Positions 13,279 through 21,897 of a stretch of DNA of 32,000 nucleotides are shown piece by piece. This DNA comes from Pirellula staleyi DSM 6068. GTDB lineage: Bacteria; Planctomycetota; Planctomycetia; Pirellulales; Pirellulaceae. Where the stretch lies: NCBI GenBank assembly GCA_000025185.1, contig CP001848.1:2430001-2462000 (forward strand). The letters run 5' to 3'. Under the pieces are notes generated by a model. It had not been told where the DNA came from. It ran no database searches and saw only the letters and a list, made by a program, of their open reading frames with translations. The position numbers were made by a program, and so were the translations under genes. Within the stretch, counting starts at the first letter, position 1, and every line of letters begins with the position of its first letter.

Positions 13279-15098
13279 GCGATGCCATCGTCAGCTGGGG
13301 GCTCGAGCTGCTGCGACAAACCGAACTGCTGCGAACTTTCGCGCTCCACTTTTTGTGGCAAGCTCCCCTGGTGACCTTTCTGGTCGCTGGGCTCTTGAGG
13401 CTGCCATGGTTTCGCAATCCTAAGGCCGCACACCATCTGCTGGTGAGTGCGCTCGCGCTCCTCATTGCCGCGCCGCTGATGACAGCGCTGCTCGCCCCAC
13501 CGCATCAGCCGTGGCTGGCTTCTCTGATCGAAGCTGCGCCTCATGTCCTTCAGGATGACAACGAGCAAGCAAAGCAAATCCCTGAGCATGTCGAAGCTGA
13601 CCTGGGCGTGATGGATGCGGTGGAACTGGCTGCAGCGGACGATCGCGAGCCCAACGATTTAGCCTGGGAAGGGATCGCCTCGCTGGCGGAGAGCGAGTCG
13701 CAGTCTAACAGCTCATCGACTTACAGTAGCGTGGCTGCATGGACCGATGATTTGATGGGTTATCTCGCGACGTTTCTTCCCGCCGCATTACTAGCTGCCA
13801 CGCTGCTGTGGTGCGGGGTGGCCTTGGTGCGGCTCGCGCGACTCGCCGGTGGCCTGCTCCAGGTGCGCCGGTTGATCCAGACGAGCGAGCCTGCCTCCGC
13901 CGCTGCTCAAGAGATTGCCGGGCCGCTTTCGCAGGCGCTGCAGCTGCGGAGTCAGCCGACCATTCTGGTCTCTGATTCGCTCGACGAAGCGGCCGCTGTC
14001 GGACTAGCAGATGCGAAAGTAATTTTGCCGCGCCGCTGGGGCGAGTCGCTCGATCGCCAGATGCTGCGAGCTGTTTTGGCACATGAGCTCGCCCACATTC
14101 GTCGCGCCGATCTGTGGGTGCTGATGGCTCAGCGTGTCGTCGAATCACTGCTGCCGTTTCATCCGGCGGTGGCGTGGATGAGTCTAGAAATTTCGCGTCA
14201 GCGCGAACTCTGCTGTGATGCCGAAGCGATTCGGATCACGGGGGAGCGCCTGGCGTATGCACAAACTTTGCAACGGGTTGCTGATTGGAAGTTGGCTGAT
14301 GTTCGGCCAGCGCTGTCAGCAGGGATTCGGGGAGAGTCGAATATGAACCTCTTGAGTCGAGTGAAGTTGGCCTTGGGCCTGCCAGCAGCATCTCCAGCGG
14401 TGATGAGCCGTGGATTGCTCGCTGCGATTGCTGTTCCGGGGATCGTGGCGCTCGTCGGGGCTGGCTTCGCGCCATCCCTTTCGCTCGCCGATGACGAAGA
14501 ACGGACCGTGGAAGTGCGTGAAGACGAAAACCGTGAAGTGAAACGGGAAGGCGCGCCTGCTCGTGAACGAGAAGTCGGCGAGCGTGAGCGCGATCCCAAC
14601 CGCGAAGTGGAGCGCGACCGTGAAGGTGATCGCGAAGGGCGTCGTGAAGATCGCCCCGCCCCGCGCCGCGACGAGCAAGAGCGTGCACGGGAAGTCCCTG
14701 AACGCGAGAATCCTGAGATGCGCGAGCTGATCATGCTGCTGCGTAAGTTGAATGCGGAAGTCAGCAGCCTGCGTGCGGAAGTGAATCAGCTGAAGGCGAA
14801 CAGCCGCATGCAGCCCGATCGGCCACGACCAGAAGCTGACCGTCCCCGTCCCGAGGGCGATCGTCCTCGTGGTGAAGGGGATCGTCCCCGCGAAGGTGCC
14901 CGTCCCGATCAGCCACGCCCCGATCAACCTCGCCGAGAAGCTGATCGTCCCCGTCCTGACCAACCACGCCCTGATCAACCCAAGCGTGAAGGTGATCGGC
15001 CACGTGCTGAAGAACCTAAACGCGAAGAACCACGCCGTGAGGAACCACGCCGTGAAGGTGATAAGCCGGTCGAGCAACCAGCCGTTAAGCCTGAGTAG
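13275..15098 (+). CDS. BlaR1-like M56-family membrane metalloprotease (signal transducer / anti-repressor) with a non-canonical charged repeat C-terminal domain
   Basis: The HExxH motif sits in LRAVLAHELAHIRRADLW. There are several TM segments (e.g. HFLWQAPLVTFLVAGLL, LLVSALALLIAAPLMTALL, LATFLPAALLAATLLWCGVAL, GLLAAIAVPGIVALVGAGFA). It is translationally coupled to the BlaI-like gene. The C-terminal ~200 aa (nt ~14488-15095) are Arg/Glu/Asp/Pro repeats around a short coiled-coil-like segment. Confidence 0.85.
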   Translation: MSDAIVSWGLELLRQTELLRTFALHFLWQAPLVTFLVAGLLRLPWFRNPKAAHHLLVSALALLIAAPLMTALLAPPHQPWLASLIEAAPHVLQDDNEQAKQIPEHVEADLGVMDAVELAAADDREPNDLAWEGIASLAESESQSNSSSTYSSVAAWTDDLMGYLATFLPAALLAATLLWCGVALVRLARLAGGLLQVRRLIQTSEPASAAAQEIAGPLSQALQLRSQPTILVSDSLDEAAAVGLADAKVILPRRWGESLDRQMLRAVLAHELAHIRRADLWVLMAQRVVESLLPFHPAVAWMSLEISRQRELCCDAEAIRITGERLAYAQTLQRVADWKLADVRPALSAGIRGESNMNLLSRVKLALGLPAASPAVMSRGLLAAIAVPGIVALVGAGFAPSLSLADDEERTVEVREDENREVKREGAPAREREVGERERDPNREVERDREGDREGRREDRPAPRRDEQERAREVPERENPEMRELIMLLRKLNAEVSSLRAEVNQLKANSRMQPDRPRPEADRPRPEGDRPRGEGDRPREGARPDQPRPDQPRREADRPRPDQPRPDQPKREGDRPRAEEPKREEPRREEPRREGDKPVEQPAVKPE

Positions 15099-15136
15099 TC
15101 AGAGCCCTCGAGCTTACCGATAAATGACCAAAAAGA

Positions 15137-15180
15137 ACGTCGCGCGAGAGAGCCTCCAACTCTTTCGCGCGACGTCTTTT
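15137..15180. terminator. Bidirectional intrinsic terminator shared by the blaR1-like gene (+) and the EEP gene (-)
   Basis: A 16-bp stem pairs 15137-15152 with 15160-15175, with one G.U pair and the loop cctccaa. An A-run precedes it on the + strand (15130-15134) and a T-run follows it (15177-15180, then cgttt). It is therefore U-tailed on both strands. Confidence 0.8.
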
Positions 15181-15214
15181 CGTTTCTGGATCGATCGATG
15201 GTCGACAGGATCGT

Positions 15215-16225
15215 TTACTGATCGCCGACGAATTCGAACTCGGTCACGAGCGGGTAGTGATCGCTGAAATCCCGTTCTGCCTCGGCGATTTTCCAGTAAA
15301 TCTCGCGATGCTCGGTGTCTTGTTCCTTGCCGTTGACCACCAGATCGCGGCGAATCGTGGCCGACTTAAAGACGAGGTCTTTTTTCCCGGGTGCATCTTT
15401 GGTGAGCGAGGGGCTGAGCAAGATGCGGTCGAACTGTTTGAAGATCAGATGGGTATAGGGGTTCTCTTCCTTCACCGCCGAGAGGGTGTCGAAAAGATCA
15501 TCGTCGGTGCTCGGGGTATCGAGCCCACGGATCACACCAATATCACTATCGGGAGCCAGATTGTTCCAGAGATCGTTGGTATTGAGGTCTCCCATGATGA
15601 TCACGTTCTCGCCGGCGAGAATTTTGTCGTTCATCCATTTGCGGGCCAGGCGGCCCTGACGGGTTCGAATATCAGCCGCATCGGGGGCAGCGCGCAAATG
15701 CAAATTCAAGATCGAAAGCTTTTCGCGATCTTCGGGAGGCCCCCATTCAAACTCTGCGAACAGGTGCTTGTTGAGGTGATAGTAGTCCTGCACGGCGAAC
15801 TCTTCTTTGGTTTGCTCTTTCCAGCTGAAGCTGGTGAGTCCGCTTTGGTAGAGGATCGCGACATCTTGCTCGGTGAAATAGTCGGAGCCTTCGATGAAGG
15901 CAACGCGGTAGGTGAGGTTATGGTCCTTCTTCAGTTTGCTGGTGAGGTAGAAGAGGACTCGGCGATTCTCGATCTCCTGGAGCGCGATGATCGTGGGGTT
16001 GATCGTGGCGATTGCTTTGGCGATGCCGTTGAGTTTCCAGTCCCAGTCGGCGCGGGTCGGCGCTGCTTGTTCCTTAGGCAGCTTCATGTAGTTGTCGCCG
16101 ATATGCTCGTCGTAGAACCATTCCAGGTTCCAGGTGGCCACCACCAGCTTTTCGGGGCGCTCGTCGGCCAGCAGGGGGCGGGCTAGTAGCAAGAGCAAGG
16201 CGGCTGCCAAGAGTCGTGGATTCAT
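15215..16225 (-). CDS. Secreted endonuclease/exonuclease/phosphatase (EEP) family protein
   Basis: The signal peptide is MNPRLLAAALLLLLARPLLADE. EEP motifs are VATWNLEWF, IIALQEIEN, IIMGDLNTN and FSDHYPLVTEF. Confidence 0.85.
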   Translation of the reverse strand: MNPRLLAAALLLLLARPLLADERPEKLVVATWNLEWFYDEHIGDNYMKLPKEQAAPTRADWDWKLNGIAKAIATINPTIIALQEIENRRVLFYLTSKLKKDHNLTYRVAFIEGSDYFTEQDVAILYQSGLTSFSWKEQTKEEFAVQDYYHLNKHLFAEFEWGPPEDREKLSILNLHLRAAPDAADIRTRQGRLARKWMNDKILAGENVIIMGDLNTNDLWNNLAPDSDIGVIRGLDTPSTDDDLFDTLSAVKEENPYTHLIFKQFDRILLSPSLTKDAPGKKDLVFKSATIRRDLVVNGKEQDTEHREIYWKIAEAERDFSDHYPLVTEFEFVGDQ

Positions 16226-16566
16226 CGGGCGCTACTCGGTGGTGCAAGAGGGCGGGGAGTACTGGAAAACAGGCCAGGTGCGAGAGTCGGATCGTCGCGG
16301 CGTGCGCTGCACCGCCGGTGCTTTCGCTCGGCAACTGGCACTAGTCTAGTAGCCCGCCGGGTGGGTGTGACCCGTTCGGCGGGAGAAAAACCGATGAATT
16401 TCGGAAGTAGGGCTGCAGTCTGAGGGACCGCTCGAGCGCGGCGGAGGTGCCCCTTAGCGACCGCCCGCAAAACGATTTATGATAGCTCCGCCGGACCGAG
16501 CTCTTGCTGCTGGGCATCTTGGCAAAAACTTATCACCTCTATTAGCTTTCGGAAGACGACCCGACT

Positions 16567-16959
16567 ATGGCTGCGATTGAAACTGAAGTATTGGCCCTGA
16601 ATCAAAAACTGCTGGTGGCCATTGTGACCGGGGACTGGAAGACCTACGCCGAATTGTGCGACGAATCGATCACCTGCTTCGAACCCGAAGCGCGCGGCCA
16701 GGTGGTGGTGGGGATGCCGTTTCACAAGTTCTATTTCGATCTCGGCCCGGCCACGACCGCTCGCAATGTCACGATGTCGCAGCCGCACGTGCGCGTGATT
16801 GGCGATGCGTGCGTGATTTTGTCGTACGTGCGTCTCACGCAGTCGCTCGATGCCAGTGGTGCTCCGCAAACGGGTCGTGTCGAAGAGACCCGCATCTGGC
16901 AGAAAGTGGGCTCGGCTTGGAAGCATGTCCACTTCCACCGCTCCCCCGGCGCCGCCTAG
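16567..16959 (+). CDS. Stand-alone CaMKII association (hub) domain-like protein (SnoaL/NTF2-like fold)
   Basis: The 130-aa ORF is collinear with the metazoan CaMKII hub as I remember it. Shared strings are CFEPEARG (FEPEAxG), FHKFYF (FHxFYF), IGDACVILSYVRLTQ and VEETRIWQKVGSAWKHVHFHRSPG (EETRxW...W..VHFHRS). There is no kinase or other domain. Confidence 0.8.
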   Translation: MAAIETEVLALNQKLLVAIVTGDWKTYAELCDESITCFEPEARGQVVVGMPFHKFYFDLGPATTARNVTMSQPHVRVIGDACVILSYVRLTQSLDASGAPQTGRVEETRIWQKVGSAWKHVHFHRSPGAA

Positions 16960-16991
16960 TGCGTCAATCACCGGACTCGTTTCGGCTCGAA

Positions 16992-18290
16992 TTACTCGTG
17001 ATGCTCGAGTCGATCGACCGGCAGTTGCAGGTCGTGGCAGGCCTGAATGAAGCTCGCCGCGCTCCAGGCTTGATAGGCTTTGCCCATCGGCCGCCCGGTG
17101 ACACCGTGGTGCCACTCGTTGAACTCCCACTCGTGCTTCACTCCCATTTGGCAAAGGAGCGCGAGTTTCACCATCTCGCGGCGTGCCAGTTCGCGGAGTC
17201 CCAGTTTGTGGATATACCGCACCCAGACACCACCGATGAGTGGCCAGATGCCGCCGTTGTGATAATGGTCGGGTAAGTTCAGCAGATTCACCGTGAAGTA
17301 GTCGCGCCATTCGGGATCGCCAGCGTGCACCGTGGGATAGAGATTGCGAACCGGGTGGGGCATGTTCACCCCCACACCCCACAGGAAGCGAAAGGTCATC
17401 ATCGCTTGGCGTTCGCTCACCAGGTCGTGCATGGTGAAAGCGAGCAAATTGGCGTAGACATCGCAGCGCCAGCTGAAGCTGAAGGGAGTGAGCTGCGCGA
17501 CGAGATAGCGAGCATCTCCCAGGGCCGTTTGGGCATTGGCAAAGCGGCTGCGAAGGGGGGAATTCGGATTGGTGCTGGGCCAAAAATTGGCGTTAATCAG
17601 TTCGCGAACCCGCAGCGACATTTTGCGATATTCGGCCGCGCGCTCGACGTGTCCCAGATGCGCGACGATGTTGCTGTAGCAGACGAGCGAGCGATACCAC
17701 AGAATCTCGTCGTACAAAATGTGGTAGCTGCGGGCGAAGAGATCGGTCCAGTCTCCCGCTTCCGGAATTTCGAGGAGGCCGCAGTTGTTGCTGTCGTGCG
17801 CAGCGAGCCAGTCCATCGAGCGCTGGAGTTCGGCCGCGTGGTCGTGGATGATCGACCAATCGCCCGTTTCATTGGCGTGTCGCCAAACCGCAATGATCAG
17901 CCATAGTCCGCTGTCGATCGAGGAAATGTTCCCCACGCCTGCGTAGTCGGGTTGGCCCGATTCGATATGCACGTTGGCCGGAATCTGCCCCGAAGGACTC
18001 CGGTGGGCGAGCAATGTTCGGAGCGTTTGGGCCTGACAGCGGCGCATCTCGGCATCGTCGATGTCGAGCGACCAGATGACTGTCTTTGCGCCATCGCGCG
18101 CCCAGACACTCCGGTAGTTCTCGTCGGTGCCGTAGCTCTCGTTGTCGGCGAGCGAGCAAGCTGAGAAACCGGCCGGGGTGATGTTGCGCCGGAGCGTGGC
18201 ATCTGCTTCGCGATAGGCACGAGCGAGCAGGTCGCGCTCAGCGAGTGTGAGTTCTTGGTACTCGCCGGGCTGAAAAAGAATTCGGCTCAT
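16992..18290 (-). CDS. (alpha/alpha)6-barrel glycoside hydrolase, GH100 neutral/alkaline-invertase-like / GDE_C-like
   Basis: This is a 432-aa ORF with the motifs NYRSVWARDGAKTV, GNISSIDSGLWLIIAVWRH and YHNGGIWPLIGGVWV. These resemble the conserved blocks of GH100 invertases and amylo-1,6-glucosidase C-terminal domains. The specific activity is not assignable from sequence. Confidence 0.65.
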   Translation of the reverse strand: MSRILFQPGEYQELTLAERDLLARAYREADATLRRNITPAGFSACSLADNESYGTDENYRSVWARDGAKTVIWSLDIDDAEMRRCQAQTLRTLLAHRSPSGQIPANVHIESGQPDYAGVGNISSIDSGLWLIIAVWRHANETGDWSIIHDHAAELQRSMDWLAAHDSNNCGLLEIPEAGDWTDLFARSYHILYDEILWYRSLVCYSNIVAHLGHVERAAEYRKMSLRVRELINANFWPSTNPNSPLRSRFANAQTALGDARYLVAQLTPFSFSWRCDVYANLLAFTMHDLVSERQAMMTFRFLWGVGVNMPHPVRNLYPTVHAGDPEWRDYFTVNLLNLPDHYHNGGIWPLIGGVWVRYIHKLGLRELARREMVKLALLCQMGVKHEWEFNEWHHGVTGRPMGKAYQAWSAASFIQACHDLQLPVDRLEHHE

Positions 18291-18399
18291 CGCTGCAGCG
18301 TTACTTCCTAAGTGCGTGGTCTGATCGCGGCGCAGGGAAATCGATGGAGCATCGATTCACCGTACGTCACCCGCCAATAGGTGGTTCGTTGTAACGCAA

Positions 18400-20232
18400 T
18401 TACTTGAACGGGAAAACCAAGGGGGCGATGACGCAGGTGACCCCGGCGATCAAGAAGTCGAGTGGCAGACCGACTTTCAAGTAGTCGCTAAATTTATAGC
18501 CGCCGGGACCATAGACCATCAGATTGGTTTGATAGCCGATCGGAGTCGCGAACCCGGCCGAGGCGGCCATCATCACTGCAATCACAAACGGCAGGTAGCT
18601 CACCCCTAGTTTGTCGGCAGTAGCCATGGCAAAGGGAAACATCAGCGCGGCGGCGGCATTGTTAGTGATCAGTTCGGTCACCAGCAGCGTGACGAGGTAG
18701 ATCATCACCAGCGACATCCAGGGGCTATCTCCGGCAAGCGAGGTGGCATGATCGGCGATCATTTTGTCGGCACCGGTCACTTCGAGTGCTTGTCCGAGTG
18801 CAAAGGCGGCTGCGATCGCCAGCAGCACTTCCCAATCGACACTGCGCCGCGCCCCTTCGATCGAGAGGCAGCGGGTGATCAGCATCGTGGCGGCAACAAC
18901 GAGTCCACCCACGAGCATCGAGACGACATCGAAGGAAACGAGCAGCACCATGGCGACCAAAAGGGCGACGGTGAAGAGGGCCAGTTCGTGTCGCGGTGGG
19001 CTCGATTGGTCGATCTTGCTGACGAGAAAGAAATCGCGACTTCCGCGCTGCTGTTCAGCAAACGAAGGATGCGCTTCGACCAGCAGCACATCCCCGGCGG
19101 TGAGCACAATATCGCCAATCTTCTGATGCAGCCGTTCGCCGTTGCGGGCCACAGCCACCACCACCGCGTTGTAGTGATTGCGAAACCGCGACTCGCGAAT
19201 CGTCTTTCCTACGAAGGGGCAAGTGTTGCTGACGACCGCTTCGATCAAGCAGCGCTGAGGGCGGGGGGCCTTGAGCTTAAAGACATCGTCGGTAGCGGGA
19301 ACGAGCCCGCGAATGCGCTGCAACTCGACCACCGATTCAACCACCCCGACGAACAGCAGCCGATCTCCTTCGCGGAGGACCTCCTGGGGGGAAACGGCGA
19401 CAATGCTGCTCCCTTCGCGATCGATCTCGGCCAGATAGAGCCCGGGGAGATGCCGCAGGCCAGCATCTTCGATGCTCTTCCCCGCGAGCGGGCTGTCGGG
19501 AGCGACCTGCATTTCGACCGTGTATTCTTTGGGGTCATCTTGCGTGCTGATGGCGGCGCTACGATCGGGGAGCAGATAGCAGGCTGCAAAAATAACGTAA
19601 ATTCCACCGATGATGGCGGCCGGAACGCCGACCCAAGCGATGTCGAATAAGCCGAGCTTCGATTCGATCCCTTTGGCGTCGATCAGCAGACCTTGCACCA
19701 CCAGGTTGGTGCTCGTGCCGATGAGGGTGCAAGTGCCACCGAGGATGGCGGCGTAGCTGAGCGGAATCATCAGCTTCGAAGCGGCAATGCGCTGGGTGCG
19801 CGAGAGGTCGGTGACGGCCGGAATCAGCATCGCCACCAGCGGCGTGTTATTGAGAAAGGCGCTCAAACCCATCGTGGGGAGCATCAGCCGGGTGACTGCA
19901 GAGAAAACGGTTTTTGGGCGTCCGAAGAGTCGAATCGCGATCCAGTCGACACCTCCGGTCTCGCGAATGCCGGCTCCGACGACAAACAGAATGGCAACGG
20001 TCACCATCCCTTCGTTGGAGAGTCCGGCGAGTGCCTTGGAAGGCTCGAGCACGCCGGTGGCCAGCAGAATCACCACACTGGCAATCAGAACCAGATCGGG
20101 AGCAATCGTGGTGAACGACAGAGCCAGAAAAACAAACGCCACGAGCACCAGCACAAAAATGGCGGGGGAGATCCCGAGAAACTCAAGTACCGGGGACGCT
20201 GCCAGGAGCGATAGGGAAGTAAGGCCGTTCAT
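18400..20232 (-). CDS. SLC13/DASS-family anion permease with two central TrkA_C (RCK_C) domains
   Basis: The 610-aa polytopic protein has N- and C-terminal hydrophobic halves. These flank two tandem soluble segments with the RCK_C pattern (...SPLAGKSIEDAGLRHLPGLYLAEIDREGSSIVAVSPQEVLREGDRLLFVG... and ...CPFVGKTIRESRFRNHYNAVVVAVARNGERLHQKIGDIVLTAGDVLLVEA...). Confidence 0.8.
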   Translation of the reverse strand: MNGLTSLSLLAASPVLEFLGISPAIFVLVLVAFVFLALSFTTIAPDLVLIASVVILLATGVLEPSKALAGLSNEGMVTVAILFVVGAGIRETGGVDWIAIRLFGRPKTVFSAVTRLMLPTMGLSAFLNNTPLVAMLIPAVTDLSRTQRIAASKLMIPLSYAAILGGTCTLIGTSTNLVVQGLLIDAKGIESKLGLFDIAWVGVPAAIIGGIYVIFAACYLLPDRSAAISTQDDPKEYTVEMQVAPDSPLAGKSIEDAGLRHLPGLYLAEIDREGSSIVAVSPQEVLREGDRLLFVGVVESVVELQRIRGLVPATDDVFKLKAPRPQRCLIEAVVSNTCPFVGKTIRESRFRNHYNAVVVAVARNGERLHQKIGDIVLTAGDVLLVEAHPSFAEQQRGSRDFFLVSKIDQSSPPRHELALFTVALLVAMVLLVSFDVVSMLVGGLVVAATMLITRCLSIEGARRSVDWEVLLAIAAAFALGQALEVTGADKMIADHATSLAGDSPWMSLVMIYLVTLLVTELITNNAAAALMFPFAMATADKLGVSYLPFVIAVMMAASAGFATPIGYQTNLMVYGPGGYKFSDYLKVGLPLDFLIAGVTCVIAPLVFPFK

Positions 20233-20416
20233 TCGTTCCTGTCACGATTCCAAGCAGGCTCAAAACGGCCAGCGGCATGGTTGCAAAACTTGGGAGGATT
20301 TTCGGGTGCACAGCGAAGGCCCTATTTTGACAACGAAGCCCTGAAACGGCAAGGCGAGCCGCCCCAGCGACTCGCCCTAAAAATGTCGGTTCAGCTCTAT
20401 GCTTGTGGGGGATTAC

Positions 20417-21727
20417 CTAGCCCACCTTGGGCTCCATCCCCTCGCGATATTCACGTTTCCAAAGTGCGGCTGCCTTCTCGTCGCCCACGATCGAGCCATC
20501 TTTCTCACTGGTGGTGAGGACCCGCTTCACGCGGTGAGCAATATTTCCAAGATGACAGAGCAGTGTGCTCTTATGACCATCGAGGATGTCGGCTGGTGGT
20601 AGTTCGAGCGACTTTGTGCACTTAAGGAAGTTGACGACGTGGCCGACATCGCCACCTTCGCCAGTGACCGCGCCGATTTCCTTGTTCTTAAGGTCAAAGA
20701 CCTTGTAGCCCGCATCGACAATCACAATCGAACCCTCTTCGCCGTGGAAGCTGACGCCAAATTGATTGGCCATCGACCCCAGCGGGCTCCACGACAGACC
20801 TTCCCACGAGACGGTTTTCTTTTGCGGGAAGTTGAAGGTGACCAGATGGGTGTCGGGGGTCTCTTGGTCGTCGTCGTGCCGATACTTGCCGCCACCGGAG
20901 GTGACTTCGATGGGAAAATCGACTCCGAGTCCCCAGCGCGCGACGTCGAGTGCGTGAACGCCGTTGTTCCCCAGCTCGCCGTTGCCGTAGTGCCAATGCC
21001 AGTGCCAGTTGTAGTGCACCAGATTGTTTTTGAATGGACGTTCGGGAGCGGGACCTTGCCACAGCTTCCAGTTGAGCCATGACGGGGGTGTTTCGACAAC
21101 GCCATGACCAATGTTGGGACGACGATTGTTGTACCAAGCGCGGGCGTAATGCACTGGACCGATTTCGCCAGCGTGAATCTTGCCGATCGCTTCCTGAATG
21201 GCGGTCCAGCTGCGGCGCTGCGAACCCATCGCCACGATGCGACCCGCTTTACGGGCAGCTGCCACTGCGAGTTCCCCTTCGTGGGGATTGTGACTGCAAG
21301 GCTTTTCGACATAGACATGTTTGCCCGCATTGCACCCGGCAATCGCGGCCGGAGCGTGCCAGTGATTGGGCGCAGCGACTACCAGAATGTCGATCGCTTT
21401 GTCGTCCAGAATGCGGCGGAAATCGTCGGTGATGGTCGGCGCCAGTTGCTGCTGACCTTTCACCAGTTCGAGCCCCTTGGCGGCGGCTCGCTCGTCGACA
21501 TCGGCGATATAGCCCACTTGCGCGCCAGCGGTCATGAACGCTTTGGCGAGGGCACTTCCGCGGCCGTTCACTCCCATGATCCCCACCACCGGAATCTCAG
21601 CGGCTGATTTGCTGACCGGCGTGGTTTCGTCGGCCACTAGCGCGAGGGTCGCTGGAAGTGAACTGGCGGCTGTAGCAGCGGCGACAAGCTGAAGGAAGGA
21701 TCGACGATCGATCGCAGGACTGGGCAT
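20417..21727 (-). CDS. Gfo/Idh/MocA-family oxidoreductase with twin-arginine (TAT) signal peptide
   Basis: The TAT signal is MPSPAIDRRSFLQLVAAATAASSLPATLA (RRxFL motif). The Rossmann segment is VGIMGVNGRGSALAKAF and the EKP motif is HVYVEKPCSHN. Confidence 0.85.
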   Translation of the reverse strand: MPSPAIDRRSFLQLVAAATAASSLPATLALVADETTPVSKSAAEIPVVGIMGVNGRGSALAKAFMTAGAQVGYIADVDERAAAKGLELVKGQQQLAPTITDDFRRILDDKAIDILVVAAPNHWHAPAAIAGCNAGKHVYVEKPCSHNPHEGELAVAAARKAGRIVAMGSQRRSWTAIQEAIGKIHAGEIGPVHYARAWYNNRRPNIGHGVVETPPSWLNWKLWQGPAPERPFKNNLVHYNWHWHWHYGNGELGNNGVHALDVARWGLGVDFPIEVTSGGGKYRHDDDQETPDTHLVTFNFPQKKTVSWEGLSWSPLGSMANQFGVSFHGEEGSIVIVDAGYKVFDLKNKEIGAVTGEGGDVGHVVNFLKCTKSLELPPADILDGHKSTLLCHLGNIAHRVKRVLTTSEKDGSIVGDEKAAALWKREYREGMEPKVG

Positions 21728-21897
21728 GGCAAGCCTCGTGGCGAGTGAAGATTTCAGGCATGCGAGAGGAAGCTTTAGTCTAACAAACCTGCGGCACTAA
21801 TTCACATCGAAACTTCACGCAACTACACTCAGCGTGGAATCACGCTGCCGGAAAGGCGTGCAATTCCACCTTCGACCCTCGCCAGAAAGCTCACGAC

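Noticed and set aside
15257-17583. ORFs 15257..16186 (+, 309 aa) and 16477..17583 (-, 368 aa)
   Set aside because: The first is antisense to the EEP gene. The second runs antisense through the CaMKII-hub-like gene and out of frame through the GH100-like gene. Neither has motifs, and both real genes have strong family signatures.
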